A DNA stretch of 62,113 nt, the filler included, from Choristocarpus tenellus KU-1152 (Eukaryota; Protista; Phaeophyceae), in assembly GCA_964200185.2 (NCBI GenBank). It is 14 parts of 14 records of this genome, joined end to end, with 100 filler letters (N's around TTAATTAATTAA, not from the genome) between each part and the next. Parts side by side here need not be neighbours in the genome. Positions count along the whole stretch, not along the records: positions 48,187 to 55,431 come from CAXNAD020006473.1; positions 55,532 to 59,445 come from CAXNAD020017179.1; positions 59,546 to 62,113 come from CAXNAD020026701.1; 11 more parts are not named here. One strand, given 5' to 3'. A program made the position numbers and the translations under genes. Each line of letters opens with the position of its first letter. Position 1 is the first letter of the stretch. Positions 49,276 through 62,113 of this stretch are shown here, piece after piece. Under the pieces are notes generated by a model that was not told where the DNA came from, did no database searches, and was given only the letters and a program-made list of their open reading frames with translations.

Positions 49276-52200
49276 ATGGCTTTCTTCGAAAACGACAATA
49301 GTTTAGTGGAAACTGTGGTGTTCGTTCTCCTGGCGACGCTCTGTATCTTTGTTTTTCCCATGGCCTTCCGGCTGGCACGCCATAACCCCCAGACATTTGC
49401 GACAAAACTCATGGTGAGCGGTTAATTGTTTCCGTGCCACACTGAGGGTCATGTAGCTCATCTCGATTCTGGGGTGCTACTTGTATGAGTGAAATGGGCG
49501 CAGTAGTAGCCACGGTGGACGGTGTGCATTTTTTGTAGACGACTTTCCTCCTTTTTGTTGACTCACTCTGTTGTTCTGTTGGCCTGTGGACTTATCGGTC
49601 TGTCCATTACAGCCTGCACTCTGCACGCTGCTGGCGTACGAGAATGTGGTGCAGGCTACAGGTGATTCTGTGGGCGAACATAATCCGATATTGCTTTTGG
49701 CGAAAACCACCCACGGTGAGTGACTGCGGATCAACTGAGGGGGGTGGAGACAGATCTCTGATTAATCCGTATATTGTATCATGTCAGATAAAAATTGCGA
49801 TGCATCGAAGGGGAAGGTAGGAATAATTATTGAAAATTACTGAAGTTACTGATTATGGATATCAAAACATTGATGTACCTCTGTTTCACCAATGCAGCAG
49901 TCTCGTACAATCGTGACTTTCAATGTCTTGGCAGTATAGTAGACACCAACTGCATGTTGGTCGCGAGCAGGTCTTGCAATCCAACTTTTTCAAATGTTCT
50001 GCCCTCTGTTGAATGCAAGTGTCTTAATGGAAAGTAGGAGTGTAATGATGTTGATGGTTGTGATTTGAGATATTTCTACTTCAAGAATATAGTGTGGAGA
50101 AGACAGGATTGCTTGGAAGGATTCTTAAGGGAGCAAGTTGCGTGAATAGGGTAGGTGGAATGGACTTCCTGAATCTTGACACCAGTGAATCACTTCTGGT
50201 GTGTGTATAGAGTTTACAAGAGGGATATGTTTCTTACAACAGACATAATCACCAGGGGCAAGTGAATTGCAACAGTCACATGGGGTGCAATTGTTGTATC
50301 TTGCTTTTTCATCAGTTTTCGCCTGTTTAGTGGTGGTGTTGTGTGGTATGATATTTCCTGTTTTGTAAGAGGTCCTTTGTAGAGTGTGGGGTGATCTGAT
50401 TTTGCACACAGTCCTAGATTGTAAGACCAGTATGCATTCACTTCTTCATTTCTCATTTTCCAGGAATGAATAAGTTTTTGAAATGGCCATGTTAAAGTAG
50501 GCACACCCTGTGTCAATTGTACTTGAATCCAATGTTTTTTCAACCAGTAAAGAGTCTCAAGATGCAGTTATACTTGCAAGGATAATTTCTCCCCCTTGCC
50601 CATCTCCACCTTCCATTACTTTCCATCAAGTACCCTTTGTCCCCATGCCACCCTCTCTCCCACCCCCGCCCCTTTCTCCTACCCATTTAACTTAATAACC
50701 AACTACGATCATGACTACCTCTACTTCACCTAGTTCCCTTCTCAATTCCCCAACTCAATGTTTTTTCATCTGTTTCAGCGATCGTGATCCCGTTGTTCCT
50801 GGTCGTTATGTTTGAGGTTGCATATGCAGTGCATAAGAGGAGGTCCGTCAAGTTCTGCGGCATCGTATTTGATGTAAGCCCACACAGCATTGTTGAGGTT
50901 CACAGGTTATTGATGATTGTGCTGTATCTCTCTCTCTCTCTCTCTCTCTTGGTGTATTTGCATTCATACCTTTTCCTCATAAAACTGAATAATACTTTCC
51001 ATAGCAACTGTAGTGACTCGAACTATTCCCCCCCCCATTAACAGCATGTACACACACACACATACACACACATTTTTTTTTGGTGGAGTTATTTCGATAC
51101 CCCATCTACTGTAAGGGATGATACCTAGAAAGTTGTGGTATGTCCAAACACCCAGCAGAGGACGCAAGCTTGACCCCATCATCCAATGTCCGCCCCCCCC
51201 CCTCTAACTCTGCTCATGATTTGGATGGGTAGAGCAGAGAAAGATTCAACCAGATGCCGCACACCATAATTATACCACCTTGCTAGCTCAGGGCTTGTAC
51301 AGTGTACAGTGTTCTGTACCAAGGGTTTCACAATTTTTTTATCCTTTGAATGATTGATCACAACTTATCTCACTCGATTCCCTTGTACACTAACCGTGCT
51401 TCCTGCTGCCCCCTGTGCCCTGGCTGCCTTACTTTCTTGCAGCAAGGGCACCGCATCAACACGGACCCATGCTCATGGTTCCTGCGCCACTTTGTGCGAA
51501 TTGTAGCATTTGGGCTCATGATCCTGGGGATACTGGTCACGTTTAATGTCATCGGTGATGACGAAAATGCTGGGGGCAGCGGGTATGATGGATATAATGA
51601 GCAGGCCTTGTACATAGTTTACGGTAGTTTCACTCCCATACTCGAATTCCGCCTGATTGCTGGAGTTGTGGTTTATTATTGCACGTGCTTCTTGATCTCC
51701 CCAAACCTGGAATTGTTTTTCTTGTGAAGACATGTGATGCTCCTTATCCACAGTGCATGAATGGGTGTATACAAAAGGATGGAAGTGATGTCAGCTACTG
51801 TGAGATAATGATCCCACAGTAGAGTGCAATAGTGGTTAGTGGAAAAGAGTTATGAAGGTATTGACATACTTGGATATTCTGTTCTTGTATCTATGGGGTA
51901 TTTATGTATGCTTATCGTATTTCTTTCCACGCATCCAGCTCGCGTTGTTGTAATCAAGGGTGATACACAGCATGGCCCTCAAGCTCGATAGGTCCTACAT
52001 ATTTCTCTTTGCAACGGCAAGCACTTGTTTCCACCTAAGCTCAGGCTGTGGGTAAACCTTAGCCTACTAGTTTCTAGGCACACCCTAACCCTAACCCCCT
52101 CGCCTCCTTTCCCCTGCCCCATTGATCTCTGAATATTTTCATGTGTGATATGTGTCTTCAAGGATGGTGGATGTTCAGGGTGCAAGCACCCATTTCATCC

Positions 52201-54014
52201 TAGCACTGGTCCCAACGATGGTGATGACGCTTGTGGCACTGTACATATCTGTGTACATGTGGAAATATGGCAGTAACGCTTCAATAGTGGTGCAACCCTC
52301 TATCTTCAATCGTTGGATAATGCTCTTCCTGGGAACACTATGCCTTCTGGGAGGGCAAATACCCCCTGAGGTGAGCAGGTGTCATCATAATTTTGGCCAT
52401 ATGTTCGAAGATTTTTATGTTTTTTTTGGTTGTGGCTTTGGTTTTTGTCGTTAATCCTCGAGTGCTTTATCTTTTGATGCCCCCTGACAATTTGTAGGTT
52501 CAGCTTATGCTCCATCCTTTACTTTGTAGATTATCAAATGCCCATTCTATACTTCTGCCATGTGTAGGCATACAGACCTACCGTGTACATGCTACATGCA
52601 AGCCAACAGCATCTGTCTATATACTAAATTCAGATGTTTTTCATGTTTGATGTTGTTGTGGTCCAAACTCTGAAACCATATGTGATCTTTGACAGCCAGA
52701 GGTGGTGTCATGCTGCTTGTACAGCTAAGGGAAGGTCACATACATACGAAATTTGAAATTTTCAATGCAAAGCAGGAAAATTTCAAGATTTGAGACCCAT
52801 GTATGTTTGAAAGACATAAACCAACCAGAAGTATATGATGGCATGGCATAGAGTTTCCCTGTACACAGGGAGCATCCCAGATAATTTGAGTGCATAGTTC
52901 GTCGACCCCACTCTAATTTCAAAATATTTTGAATTTATATTGCAGGGTCCTTTGCCAGACAATGCAAAGGCTGGAGCTTTTGTTTCTGTGTTTCCTTTGT
53001 TTCCAGATGTTCATTGCTCTGAATCCCCTCCCAGAAAAGATTGGTAGACAATTGTACACCAGTTTTGCAAGGATGTTGAAAGGATGTTTGTTCAAGTAGA
53101 TGTCTGCAATAGATCAAACCAACGAAATGTCTGCAAATAAGATGGGAGGTTGACTTGGTGTCGTGAGGTTTGGTTGAGGGAGTAGGAACGAAAGGCACAA
53201 GGAATATTTCTTTTGCTGAGATCGGGGTAAAATTTTCAAGGGGGTCAAAGTATCTGGGGGGGTGGAGCAGCTGTCCATTTGGGGTCAATTTTTTCATGTC
53301 ACGATTTTTGGGTGATTTGGTTCCATACGTTGGATGGATAATGAAAGTTCACTTTTCCTGGTTTTGACATAAATGGACACTGGTGTAGACCCCCCCCCAC
53401 ACACACACACAGAGATACTTTGGGTCAAGGGTTGGGGATGATGTGCCCTCTTATTGGTGCAATTTCAGTAAGAGGTGGGAAGATTGAGGAGTTGATAGGA
53501 CAGAGTGTTGTGTTACAAATCTGGTTTAAATTAGGAGTAGTTCATGGGTGTCTGGGTTAGATTGGGGTGGAAATGCCTGGTTGACTAGGTGCCCATTGTG
53601 GTGAAGACTTGTTAATTGGTTTAAAGCTATTTTTTCCTCGACTTGGACATCATGTCATCTTGCACTGGGACTCCCAAAATGGCCTCAAGGAGACTCATCT
53701 ATGATAGGAAATATACTATGCATATCACAACGGTGTAGTTGAGAGTCTCTTCTCCTTGTGCCTTCTGTTGCAGACATCTTCTGCCCTGCTCCATGTTACT
53801 GCCTCCCCCGCCCCCGTTGTCTTTCCTCATCCGTCCTGGTCCATCCGTCCTGGTCTTGACCTGTTCATTCCTTTTTCTTGGACGCATGGCTTGCGTCGTT
53901 ACACATGTCTACACACACCAACAGTGTTGTTTTCGAGCTTTGAAGGAGGCGGGTCAGGTCCTCTTGCTGCTCTCGATGATTCTTGTTGGTCGTGAAATTG
54001 AGAAGGAGGTCAAG
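49276..54014 (+). CDS. Orphan seven-transmembrane protein; exons 49276-49413, 49613-49715, 50779-50873, 51443-51582, 52163-52370, 53925-54014; 3' end not found
   Basis: ATG plus six GT-AG-bounded exons whose phases join without stops (258 codons); seven hydrophobic segments; loop motif HKRRSVKFCGIVFDQGHR. Confidence 0.85.
53242..53426. mobile_element. MITE family B, full copy with 4-bp TSD AAGG (intronic)
   Basis: AAGG|GGGTCAAAGTATCTGGGG ... AGATACTTTGGGTC|AAGG. Confidence 0.9.
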
Positions 54015-54439
54015 GTGAGTACCTTCCTTAGGGAGATCTAAAGAGGCACATGGTGTTGGAGCAGTCAGGGAAAGATAAGCAGTATCAGCAGAGAGTTGAT
54101 GATTGGGGAGGCTGTAGCTTGCGAGCAACAGGTCTTTGTTCAGAATGTTTGTTGCTATGCTCCGGTTGTTTGCCCAGCAAGCTAACTATCTGGTGATGCT
54201 GGCATGGTGTGTTCTGTGGTTTGTGCAAACCCTTTCATGGGGGTACTTGAGGAACAAATTGATTCAGAGCTATTGTGACTTCTTGACTCTGCAGGGCTCT
54301 AGGTGTGGATTGTGTTACTCTCAGCCTCTCCGCACCTTGGGAGGGATGATTCTTATGCTGACTAAACGTTTGGTATTTGAGTGTCGTTGAAGTCAGGGTG
54401 TTTTTACGACATGGTGTCGGTGTCCTCTCCTCCACAAAA

Positions 54440-54900
54440 GAATCTTGAAAGTGTTTTAGACTTGTAGAATGATCTGGATACTGATCAGCAGTCCATTGTA
54501 AAGCTAATCATGCCAGGTTGCACTTTGGTCTCAAAAACGTCTTTGCATTGATCTGCACAGTGCCTAAAATCTGCCTGAAAATTATTTTTCATTTTTTTGA
54601 AGTTGAATTTTCCTGAGGTTGAAATACTAGTGTGTGGAGAAGTTGAAGTTCGGTTGACATCATCAGCTTTCGAATGCACCCTGAGTCGATCTCTGTCTAA
54701 CTTTGCATGCAAATTCGAGTTATTTGATTTCCCATTCACCGCAAACATTTGTGCTATGTAATCGAGTACAAAGTAATACATAATTTACAGTATATTGGAA
54801 CATAACTCTCCAGCATGGATGTGTTAGATCTTGGGAAGGTGGTTCAAAATAATTGTGCAAACCTCAGCTGCTTCCAATTATAATCTCATGACAATATCTC
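54440..54900 (-). pseudogene. hAT transposase remnant
   Basis: QPGMISFTMDC*S matches the hAT first catalytic motif (ISlTxDxWS) with W mutated to TGA. Confidence 0.45.
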
Positions 54901-55176
54901 CAAGATTCAAAATTTGGATACGTCACCTCCAAAATCAAGTGTGTATATACAGGATAAATATTAGATCAGAGCTTGGACCTTTGTTGGATCTTCAAGAATA
55001 GTCCTGGAATCTAATCAGGGATTGGTGAGGTTTGTACAGTGGTGTTGCAACACTTGTCAAGATTTGTGTCCATTTCGATCAAGAGTTTGTATCTTCCAAA
55101 AAGTCAAGGGGAGGAGACTGCAACCACCATAGCAACACCTCAAATGCTCTCAACCTGCGTGAGGAGGGAGGTCATT

Positions 55177-55431
55177 GAGTAAGTGTTGTGAATTACAGTG
55201 ATTCAATCAGTGGGATTAATTAATTAAAAAAAATCGATGAAGTCTAGAGATTAAATTTGATTCATTATTTGGTTGAGTATGTGTGCTATGAGCATTCTGC
55301 TGAAGAGTAAGTGTTGTGAATTACAGTGATTCAATCAGTGGGATTAATTAATTAAAAAAAATCGATGAAGTCTAGAGATTAAATTTGATTCATTATTTGG
55401 TTGAGTATGTGTGCTATGAGCATTCTGCTGA
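55177..55431. repeat. Perfect 128-bp tandem duplication running into the contig end
   Basis: GAGTAAGTGTTGTGAATTACAG...GCATTCTGCTGA at 55177 and 55305. Confidence 0.93.
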
Positions 55432-55531
55432 NNNNNNNNNNNNNNNNNNNNNNNNNNNNNNNNNNNNNNNNNNNNTTAATTAATTAANNNNNNNNNNNNN
55501 NNNNNNNNNNNNNNNNNNNNNNNNNNNNNNN

Positions 55532-55702
55532 GTATCTGGGGGGGGGGGGAGGTCAACACCAGGGTGTCCATTTGGACCATAACTAGGAAAAGTGCACTTA
55601 CAGTATCCATCCAACGTATGCAACCCAACCACCCAAAAATCGCTACATGATAAAATTGACCCCAAATTGACAGCCGCCACCCCCTCCCAGATACTTTGGA
55701 TC
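55532..55702. mobile_element. MITE family B, reverse orientation, clipped by contig start
   Basis: Reverse complement of the 3165-3339 interior; ends CCCAGATACTTTGGATC. Confidence 0.85.
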
Positions 55703-58700
55703 AAATCAAGGGCGTAGTATAAAAAAGCTCCTTGTAGTCCGAGCGATGACAGGGTTATTTAGGCTCAGCTCAGGTCTCAAAAACTGATACATCTTTGAAG
55801 ACAGCATACAAAACCGTGAGGTGGAGGGGCTCATGCTCAGGTCTCAGATGCGCGACATCCATAGAATTAACCCAGAAACCCAGGATGAGGTCCATCAGGA
55901 TTGGTGGCAGCGAACCGGGAGGCTCTATTGGGGAACGTAGGAACTCAATGACGGTAAGGAAGTTGAGCGACCCGGAGCAAATGCCCTCCTTTCGGAAGTT
56001 GTAAGCTACGGCTCGTATCTTTCACGACCACTGATGTTCGTATTTAGTGCTCCACAAACTTGTCGAAATTACTAACAGTAACACACACATGGATTATATT
56101 ATTCTACAAAGTAGAAAATGGAAGCATTAGATAAGCGGTGGAATAAAGTACGAGTTTTGCATGAAACCAATACTTTCCAGAAGACATGGTTCCAGTGTTC
56201 CAGAGAATAATCTGAGAACATCTTCTAATCTAGGCTTGGCACATCAAAAAATGATCTGGTAAGATCGAGACGTTTGGGACTCCTGGAAGTAGGGTCGTTC
56301 TAGATGACTGTCAATGGGAGTAGAAGTAGAGAGCTCTACCGACTTCCCAATCTCGACCCAGGAATCCAGTCTACTAGAGAGAGACTATTGCAGAAGTAGT
56401 GGAGGTCATGTGGGCGAATGAGATAATAATATTAATAATAATATTACTTGAAAATCAACAATCTTCTAGGACACGCCCGTGACTGTCAGAGCTTATCTCA
56501 ATGGTCAAAGGAGGAAGCCATGTCAGCGTCCACGGACAATCTGAACATAGACAAGCAGGTCACCTCTTGTACAAGGTTTCACTTTCATGCTCGAGTCCTC
56601 GATGTAGCCGAAATCGCTGATTTGCTCCAACACGCCCCGAAGCGTGAGAAGCACAGCTCTAGACATTCTCTGGTATGGAGAGTGTTACGAAGGTTGCAGC
56701 CCTCGTCTGTAGCCTGAAGCATCACGTTCCTCACGTATTTCTCTTGCCATAAGCTCCATATTGCTTCCCATTGGGGAAATCTCGTTGCAAAGTGCCCAAA
56801 TCTCCAAAGAACTCAAGTTCAGTTGAGGGATAGAGTACAGCGATATGGCGTCTAAAAACTGAAATAAGAGACAGCGAACTTCCTCTTGCATACTGCAAAG
56901 AGGGAGGTAGAATACCCTTGGGTGATAGAGGCAAAGTCTATTCCCATCAAAGAAGCGGCAAGTCGACCAGGTCCTTGTTCAATTCTTCGTAGCCTTTTCG
57001 CTGCAAATCCAATACCACATCTGACCATTTCACTCCATTCATTGCAATGAAGCATGGTAGCTGGATATCTATACTTCCCTGCCCGTACTCACTACTTTTC
57101 CTTCAGCAATTCTGCTATTGGATTTTAAAATACCACCATGATACCGCCCTACTACCTTGGTGTTGCTGGGTGGGTTACTAGTAGAATAATTTTTCGTTGT
57201 ATATAGTTAACTTCTAAATTAGTGTTGAGAGGAGGTATGAGGGAAACTGTTTCAATGTGGAAATCTTGGTAGGACCTCCATGCTACAGCACGCCCCAGAA
57301 GCTTACCTCCACACGATGTATAGCTCCAGTCCACAAGCCTATAGATGACGATGGTGCATGCAAAGGACTCCTAATGCAAAAGTAGTCAAGTATGCTAGAT
57401 CTCTCACTTGGATTATTCCCTTCATAAGTATCGTCAATATCATAAAATAAAAGGAACTGGCAACGATGTACCACCTAAAGCATGGTAATAACTAAATAAT
57501 AAATGAATAGTCAAGAATTACAAATAAATCAACTCTAGGACTTCAAGGTCATAATGGTGTTCATGAAACCGCCATCAAGACGTACCACCTGTAACAAAAC
57601 TTCTGGTGGCGCATCTAAGATTGTTATTATGGACGTTACATTGTAAAAATAGTACATTTTGTGATAACCACCTTCCGACCAAGGTATACCCTTAAATTGA
57701 CATTTCTTGAGAAGATATACATGGAGATTTCGTGCCTCATATGACATCAGCATTTAGTTCAAGTATTTGGTGGTCTTCCATTGGTTTCACAATTTGATCT
57801 TATTATGTCCGTTAGACGAGTGTGTTAGGATTGACAAGTGTTACATTATATCTTGGAGTAGTATAGTAGTTTTGATTTTGTTTTTACGCGCACACATCTA
57901 CAAAGAGTCGACGTAGGAAAAGACACATTCTAAGAATCCCCAAGAAACAGCCAGAACACAGGTTCTTGTACAATTCCAGAAAAAGGTTCGAAAATATTGT
58001 GGTGTCAACATTATATATAATATATGTATTATTGTTTTTAGGAATATTTCCTCACTTCTAGTCTGGAAACTTCTCCGCACCTCCACCCTACCTTCACATC
58101 TGGTCAGATAACAGTAGACACGAAACTATTTTATTTCAAACTTCAGGAATATTATTTCTTTAGCAACAAATTATTTCTATGGAGAGAATTCTGGGGGTCC
58201 ATAATCATTCTAAAGTCCACTATTACTAAATGTTGTGGTGGTACCTTTTGATTGGAAGGATGATTTTAAACCAATCGAACAACCCCACCATAGAAGTTTC
58301 GATCCTACTTGTGGACCACCCTCTCTCCCTCGTTCTTCTCGAGCCTTGCCTTCAGATCACAAACCCACACCGCTCCATACTTGGCCCTTGTTCTCCCCCT
58401 CCTCGTTCTTTTTCTCACAAATAGCCTAACGTCCCCGCATTTCAGCATTCAATCCACGGACACCATCGATCCTCGCATAAGTTATCAATACCAGACGCAC
58501 TAGACAGTGATTGCTCCTTGTTATCCATTCGCACAAGATCACGGGTATTTTTATCTCTTGCCTATTTGACATCATCACTGGGCTCCAGGCAAGCCCTGCT
58601 AGCATAGATAGGGCGCTATTCCCCCCTCTTTTTTTGGCGTTGTCATAGTTGCTGCGCGTTGCATGTTACATCATGCATATCGGCCGTAGTTCATCAAATA

Positions 58701-58862
58701 TCTAGACAACAACATCACATGTTTGTTGGTTCTAGTTTAGATTGCTTGTTGCGAGGATTGCATACGATATCATGTCGGTGTTTTCCTGTGTAGAATTCCA
58801 GTGTGCTACCAAACGCAACCTCCTAATATTGCTATTCGCAATCTACTACGACCCTACGACAG

Positions 58863-59011
58863 GAAATACGACTTGTTATGCTGGGCCTGGACGCCGCGGG
58901 AAAGACCTCCATACTATACTAGCTTCACTTGGGCGAAAATGTTCACACGATACCCACTGTTGGATTCAATGTGGAGCACGTCCAGTACAAGAAAATGGAT
59001 ATGACCATCTG
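58863..59011 (+). pseudogene. ARF: ARF/ARL small GTPase exon with an in-frame TAG at 58920-58922
   Basis: [49 protein letters not shown] contains the P-loop GLDAAGKT and switch I PTVGFNVE; CAG acceptor and GTAAGA donor. Confidence 0.85.
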
Positions 59012-59611
59012 GTAAGAAGGTGGCATGCTCAGGTGGTAGAGATTGTGCCTGCAATGGAGATCAATTAGGGTACATGAAAATGTCAACCTTCTTACATACT
59101 TGGCTTTGGTAAATGAAAGCAATCAATACTACCCAAGAGTTGGCACCGAATCTCTCATTGGGTACGCATTCCGAATTCTTCCCATACTAGGGTATAACAT
59201 GGACAGTTGTGTTGTTGTTGGTGGACGGTATGGGGCAGTTGAGAGGTTGTTATATTGTCTCTCGATCGTCCTAACAGTGTTCAATTTTTATATTGGTGGT
59301 ATACAATGTGGAAACAACTTTGGGTTGCTGTTGACCTATCTGTAGGTGGCCACTGATACGTACTTCCCTTTTACACTACTTGATGTAGTTACGACGTGTG
59401 AGTATCGAGAGGGTGAATCATAAATCACCTGATCAAAGTATCCGGNNNNNNNNNNNNNNNNNNNNNNNNNNNNNNNNNNNNNNNNNNNNTTAATTAATTA
59501 ANNNNNNNNNNNNNNNNNNNNNNNNNNNNNNNNNNNNNNNNNNNNCCCCCCCCACCCCCCCCCCCCCCCCCCAGCACACAAGAGCAAAGAAGCGGGAAAA
59601 AAAAAAAAAAA

Positions 59612-59646
<35 letters not shown>

Positions 59647-61685
59647 AAGGGGGTACAGGTTGAAGGTCAAGGAGGAGGAGAAGGAGGAGGCATATACATT
59701 GGACACAAAAACAGTAAATACCACTGACCTGATGGAAACTTGCCAATTTTGACAGCTCGTTAAATAAAGACTGCCCCCGATTACATGCTGGGGGGGTCAG
59801 TAGAATGGTATACATTATACCACTGATGCGCACAACGGTATGAGCTTAACCTATCATATACCATCCATTTCTTTCACGGTAAACAGCCATACTGTACCGG
59901 TGTCTCCACCTCTCTACCAATGATGTTCATTTCCCCGGTTGGATGGGCGCAACCGTGAACATGAGAGCAGGCAGGGGCAGGGGGGGGGGAGGAATAGGTA
60001 GGTGTGCAACCAGAATGAAGGCTTGACTAGAGAGAGAAATGTTGAAAGGTAAACGCCGATCAAATTTTACGTCCACAACCATAAAACACCGATACGTCCA
60101 CGACCATCAAAACTGATCCCACGGACAGAAGAGGTCAACCTTGGAACAAGCATCTTTTGTACTCCTCCATTTTGATATATTTGGGTTAATATTCAACGAT
60201 GAGAGTAAAATATGGAAATGTGCCATAATTACCAATACCCTTCCTTATCAACACCAGCACTATAAATGCTTGTAACCCACCCGCAAAGATCCCCTCCAGG
60301 GCGTATCATCGAGTATCAAAGACTACCCACACACCATGTGAACCTAACCCTAACTCTAACCCAAATCAGTTCTGAAGTCATGGGAAGCCCAATAAAAACA
60401 GAACAAAGCGATCACTTAGGACCAAGTGATTTTATTTCATCAACCGAGATGACTGTTTTGACAAGAGTCAATCGTCAGCCCGGTTATCACATCCTTACAA
60501 ACGAGAGGCTCCAACCACCCCCCCCAACTCCGCCTACCCCAACACAAGACCTCTCTGTTTCCGCCCATGTTGTGCACAACCGTGAATGTGTAAACTATGT
60601 GTGTTGATGTTTTATATGTCAGATCCCTTAGGTTGGAGAAGTACATAGCAGGCGCCGCCTACAATACTCTCTTTCATTTGGCGCTTCAATGAAAATGTTG
60701 AAACTGTTGAAACCGTCAAACGGTAATTTGCGGCAATTTGAGAGGTCCTACCCAGTTGACATTTTTCCGTCAGGAACCTGATCATCTCTAATCCCTAACA
60801 AACCCATTCATCATATCATCATACTACACAAGTTCTGGAAAATGAAGGATATGGGGGTTCTCGCTTGGTAAGATTCTCAACATCGGTTCCACACATCTGC
60901 ACACCTTGTTATCAATGGTGATAAAACACGATTTGCTTACAAAATCTCTTCCTCTCTTGCTTCTGATACAATACTCTCTCCACTTTGCCCCTGACAAGAT
61001 GCACAGATTGATCAGCGAAGGCGTATAAAAAAAAACTCTGGGGTATGTACATTTGCAAAAAATGTTGGCAAGTACTAATCAGAGGTGTATCTTGCCTCCT
61101 CTGGCCATGGCAGGGTGTAAAATTAAAATGCGAAGCACACCCCTTGCCTTTTTTTTTATTATTCTTCAATAGTGTTATGTACCTAGTTCTACAAAAAATT
61201 AAAGGTGTATCACACCGTACGCACTATTAATAGTAACTCATTTGCACCAATCGGGGGTACACCGGAATAACACTCAAGACGAGAAAGGGTACAGGCAGCC
61301 AAAATACTTCACAGGCTACGCTCCCTATGCACCTAGTAAATCGCGTACCCATACTTAGAAAAAAAAATAGTAACAACTAACTACGAGCGATGCACACTCA
61401 TGAAGGTCAATGTAAGTCCCTCTCATAACAAGATCACCCTTGCTCCCTCCCCACTGTATCCAGCATACTATTCAAAGTTCAAAAGCATGTCTAGCTCGTT
61501 TTACCCGAAACAGCCCAAGCAATTGAAGCGGCTCCTTCCACCAGATCCCTGGTGGGGGGCGCTCCTGCCCGTCCACGCTCTTGTAGGCCGCAATAATCTG
61601 GTTAAGAAGGGCAAAGGAGTGGGGCAAGAGGGGGTAGGGGGGGGTAGGGAAAGGAAGGAAAAGATAATACCCACAGCCCCACAAG

Positions 61686-61945
61686 GAGTGAAAGTAACTT
61701 AGAGGGTACGGGTTTGGCCCTGTTTGTCTGTTTGGGCCTTGACTTCCCATGGGGTTTTTTCATGACACTTTCCTAGCCAAAAATATATCGGAGTAGGTAA
61801 AATATACACGTTATGAAATAGTGTGTCTGGAATAAGGATATGGATAATTCCTAGCAAACACGATAGCCAAAATTACATCAAAATCGCAACATTGGATTGT
61901 GGCCCCCAATTGGACGCGGCTCTACACTCTAAGATACATTGTCTC
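61686..61945. mobile_element. MITE family A, full copy flanked by AAG
   Basis: AAG|GAGTGAAAGTAACTTAGAGGGTA ... TACACTCTAAGATACATTGTCTC|AAG. Confidence 0.88.
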
Positions 61946-62113
61946 AAGGTTCTCGAACTTAGTACAAGATAGCAGCATAAACCTGCAAAAGGAGTGCACT
62001 CCTGGAGTGCAAACCTATTTCAGAGTGAACATCAACATCACTGCCACCCCCCCCCCCTGCCCCTTCCTTCCCATGCTAACAAAACACCACACCCACTACA
62101 AACCCTCTCAAAC

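Noticed and set aside
53925-54014. 7-TM protein as a microbial rhodopsin or heliorhodopsin
   Set aside because: No DxxxK or SxxxK retinal-binding lysine in the middle of helix 7
55177-55431. Tandem repeat containing TTAATTAATTAA, and possible CRISPR-like array
   Set aside because: Two identical 128-bp units with no spacers and no cas genes; the motif match to the linker is probably coincidental and the duplication may be a contig-end artefact
29031-58922. TAA/TAG reassignment to Gln, suggested by in-frame stops in the Sola2 transposase and ARF at Gln-compatible positions
   Set aside because: The intact genes (CYFIP, 7-TM, 219-aa protein, NiCoT exons) contain no in-frame TAR and use CAA/CAG. 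The transposase also has a frameshift and an insertion, so C-to-T decay explains the stops

Overview
This is eukaryotic nuclear DNA, not one continuous locus. It is 14 short contigs (about 2.5-7 kb) joined by 13 identical artificial 100-nt spacers (44 N + TTAATTAATTAA + 44 N), so adjacency across a spacer carries no meaning. GT-AG introns, (CCCTAA)n interstitial repeats and a CRE-like retroelement resembling one I recall from brown algae suggest a brown alga or close ochrophyte (inference). Host genes found by splicing exons by hand: an HPt (histidine phosphotransfer) domain gene, a NiCoT/UreH-like membrane protein, a complete 3-exon conserved 219-aa protein, the 5' part of CYFIP/Sra1 head-to-head with a possible DDRGK1-like gene, a 6-exon orphan 7-TM protein, and an ARF GTPase exon with an in-frame TAG. 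Most of the rest is transposon debris (Copia, CRE-like, hAT, PiggyBac-like, Tc1-like). The most coherent system is a Sola2-type DNA transposon family. It comprises an intron-containing, now broken DDD transposase and at least 14 full or partial short non-autonomous elements in three subfamilies that share a GRGTCAAAGTATCT terminus and 3-4 bp target-site duplications. One element sits inside the transposase gene, and another is interrupted by a solo LTR. Family assignments come from recalled motifs, not database searches.
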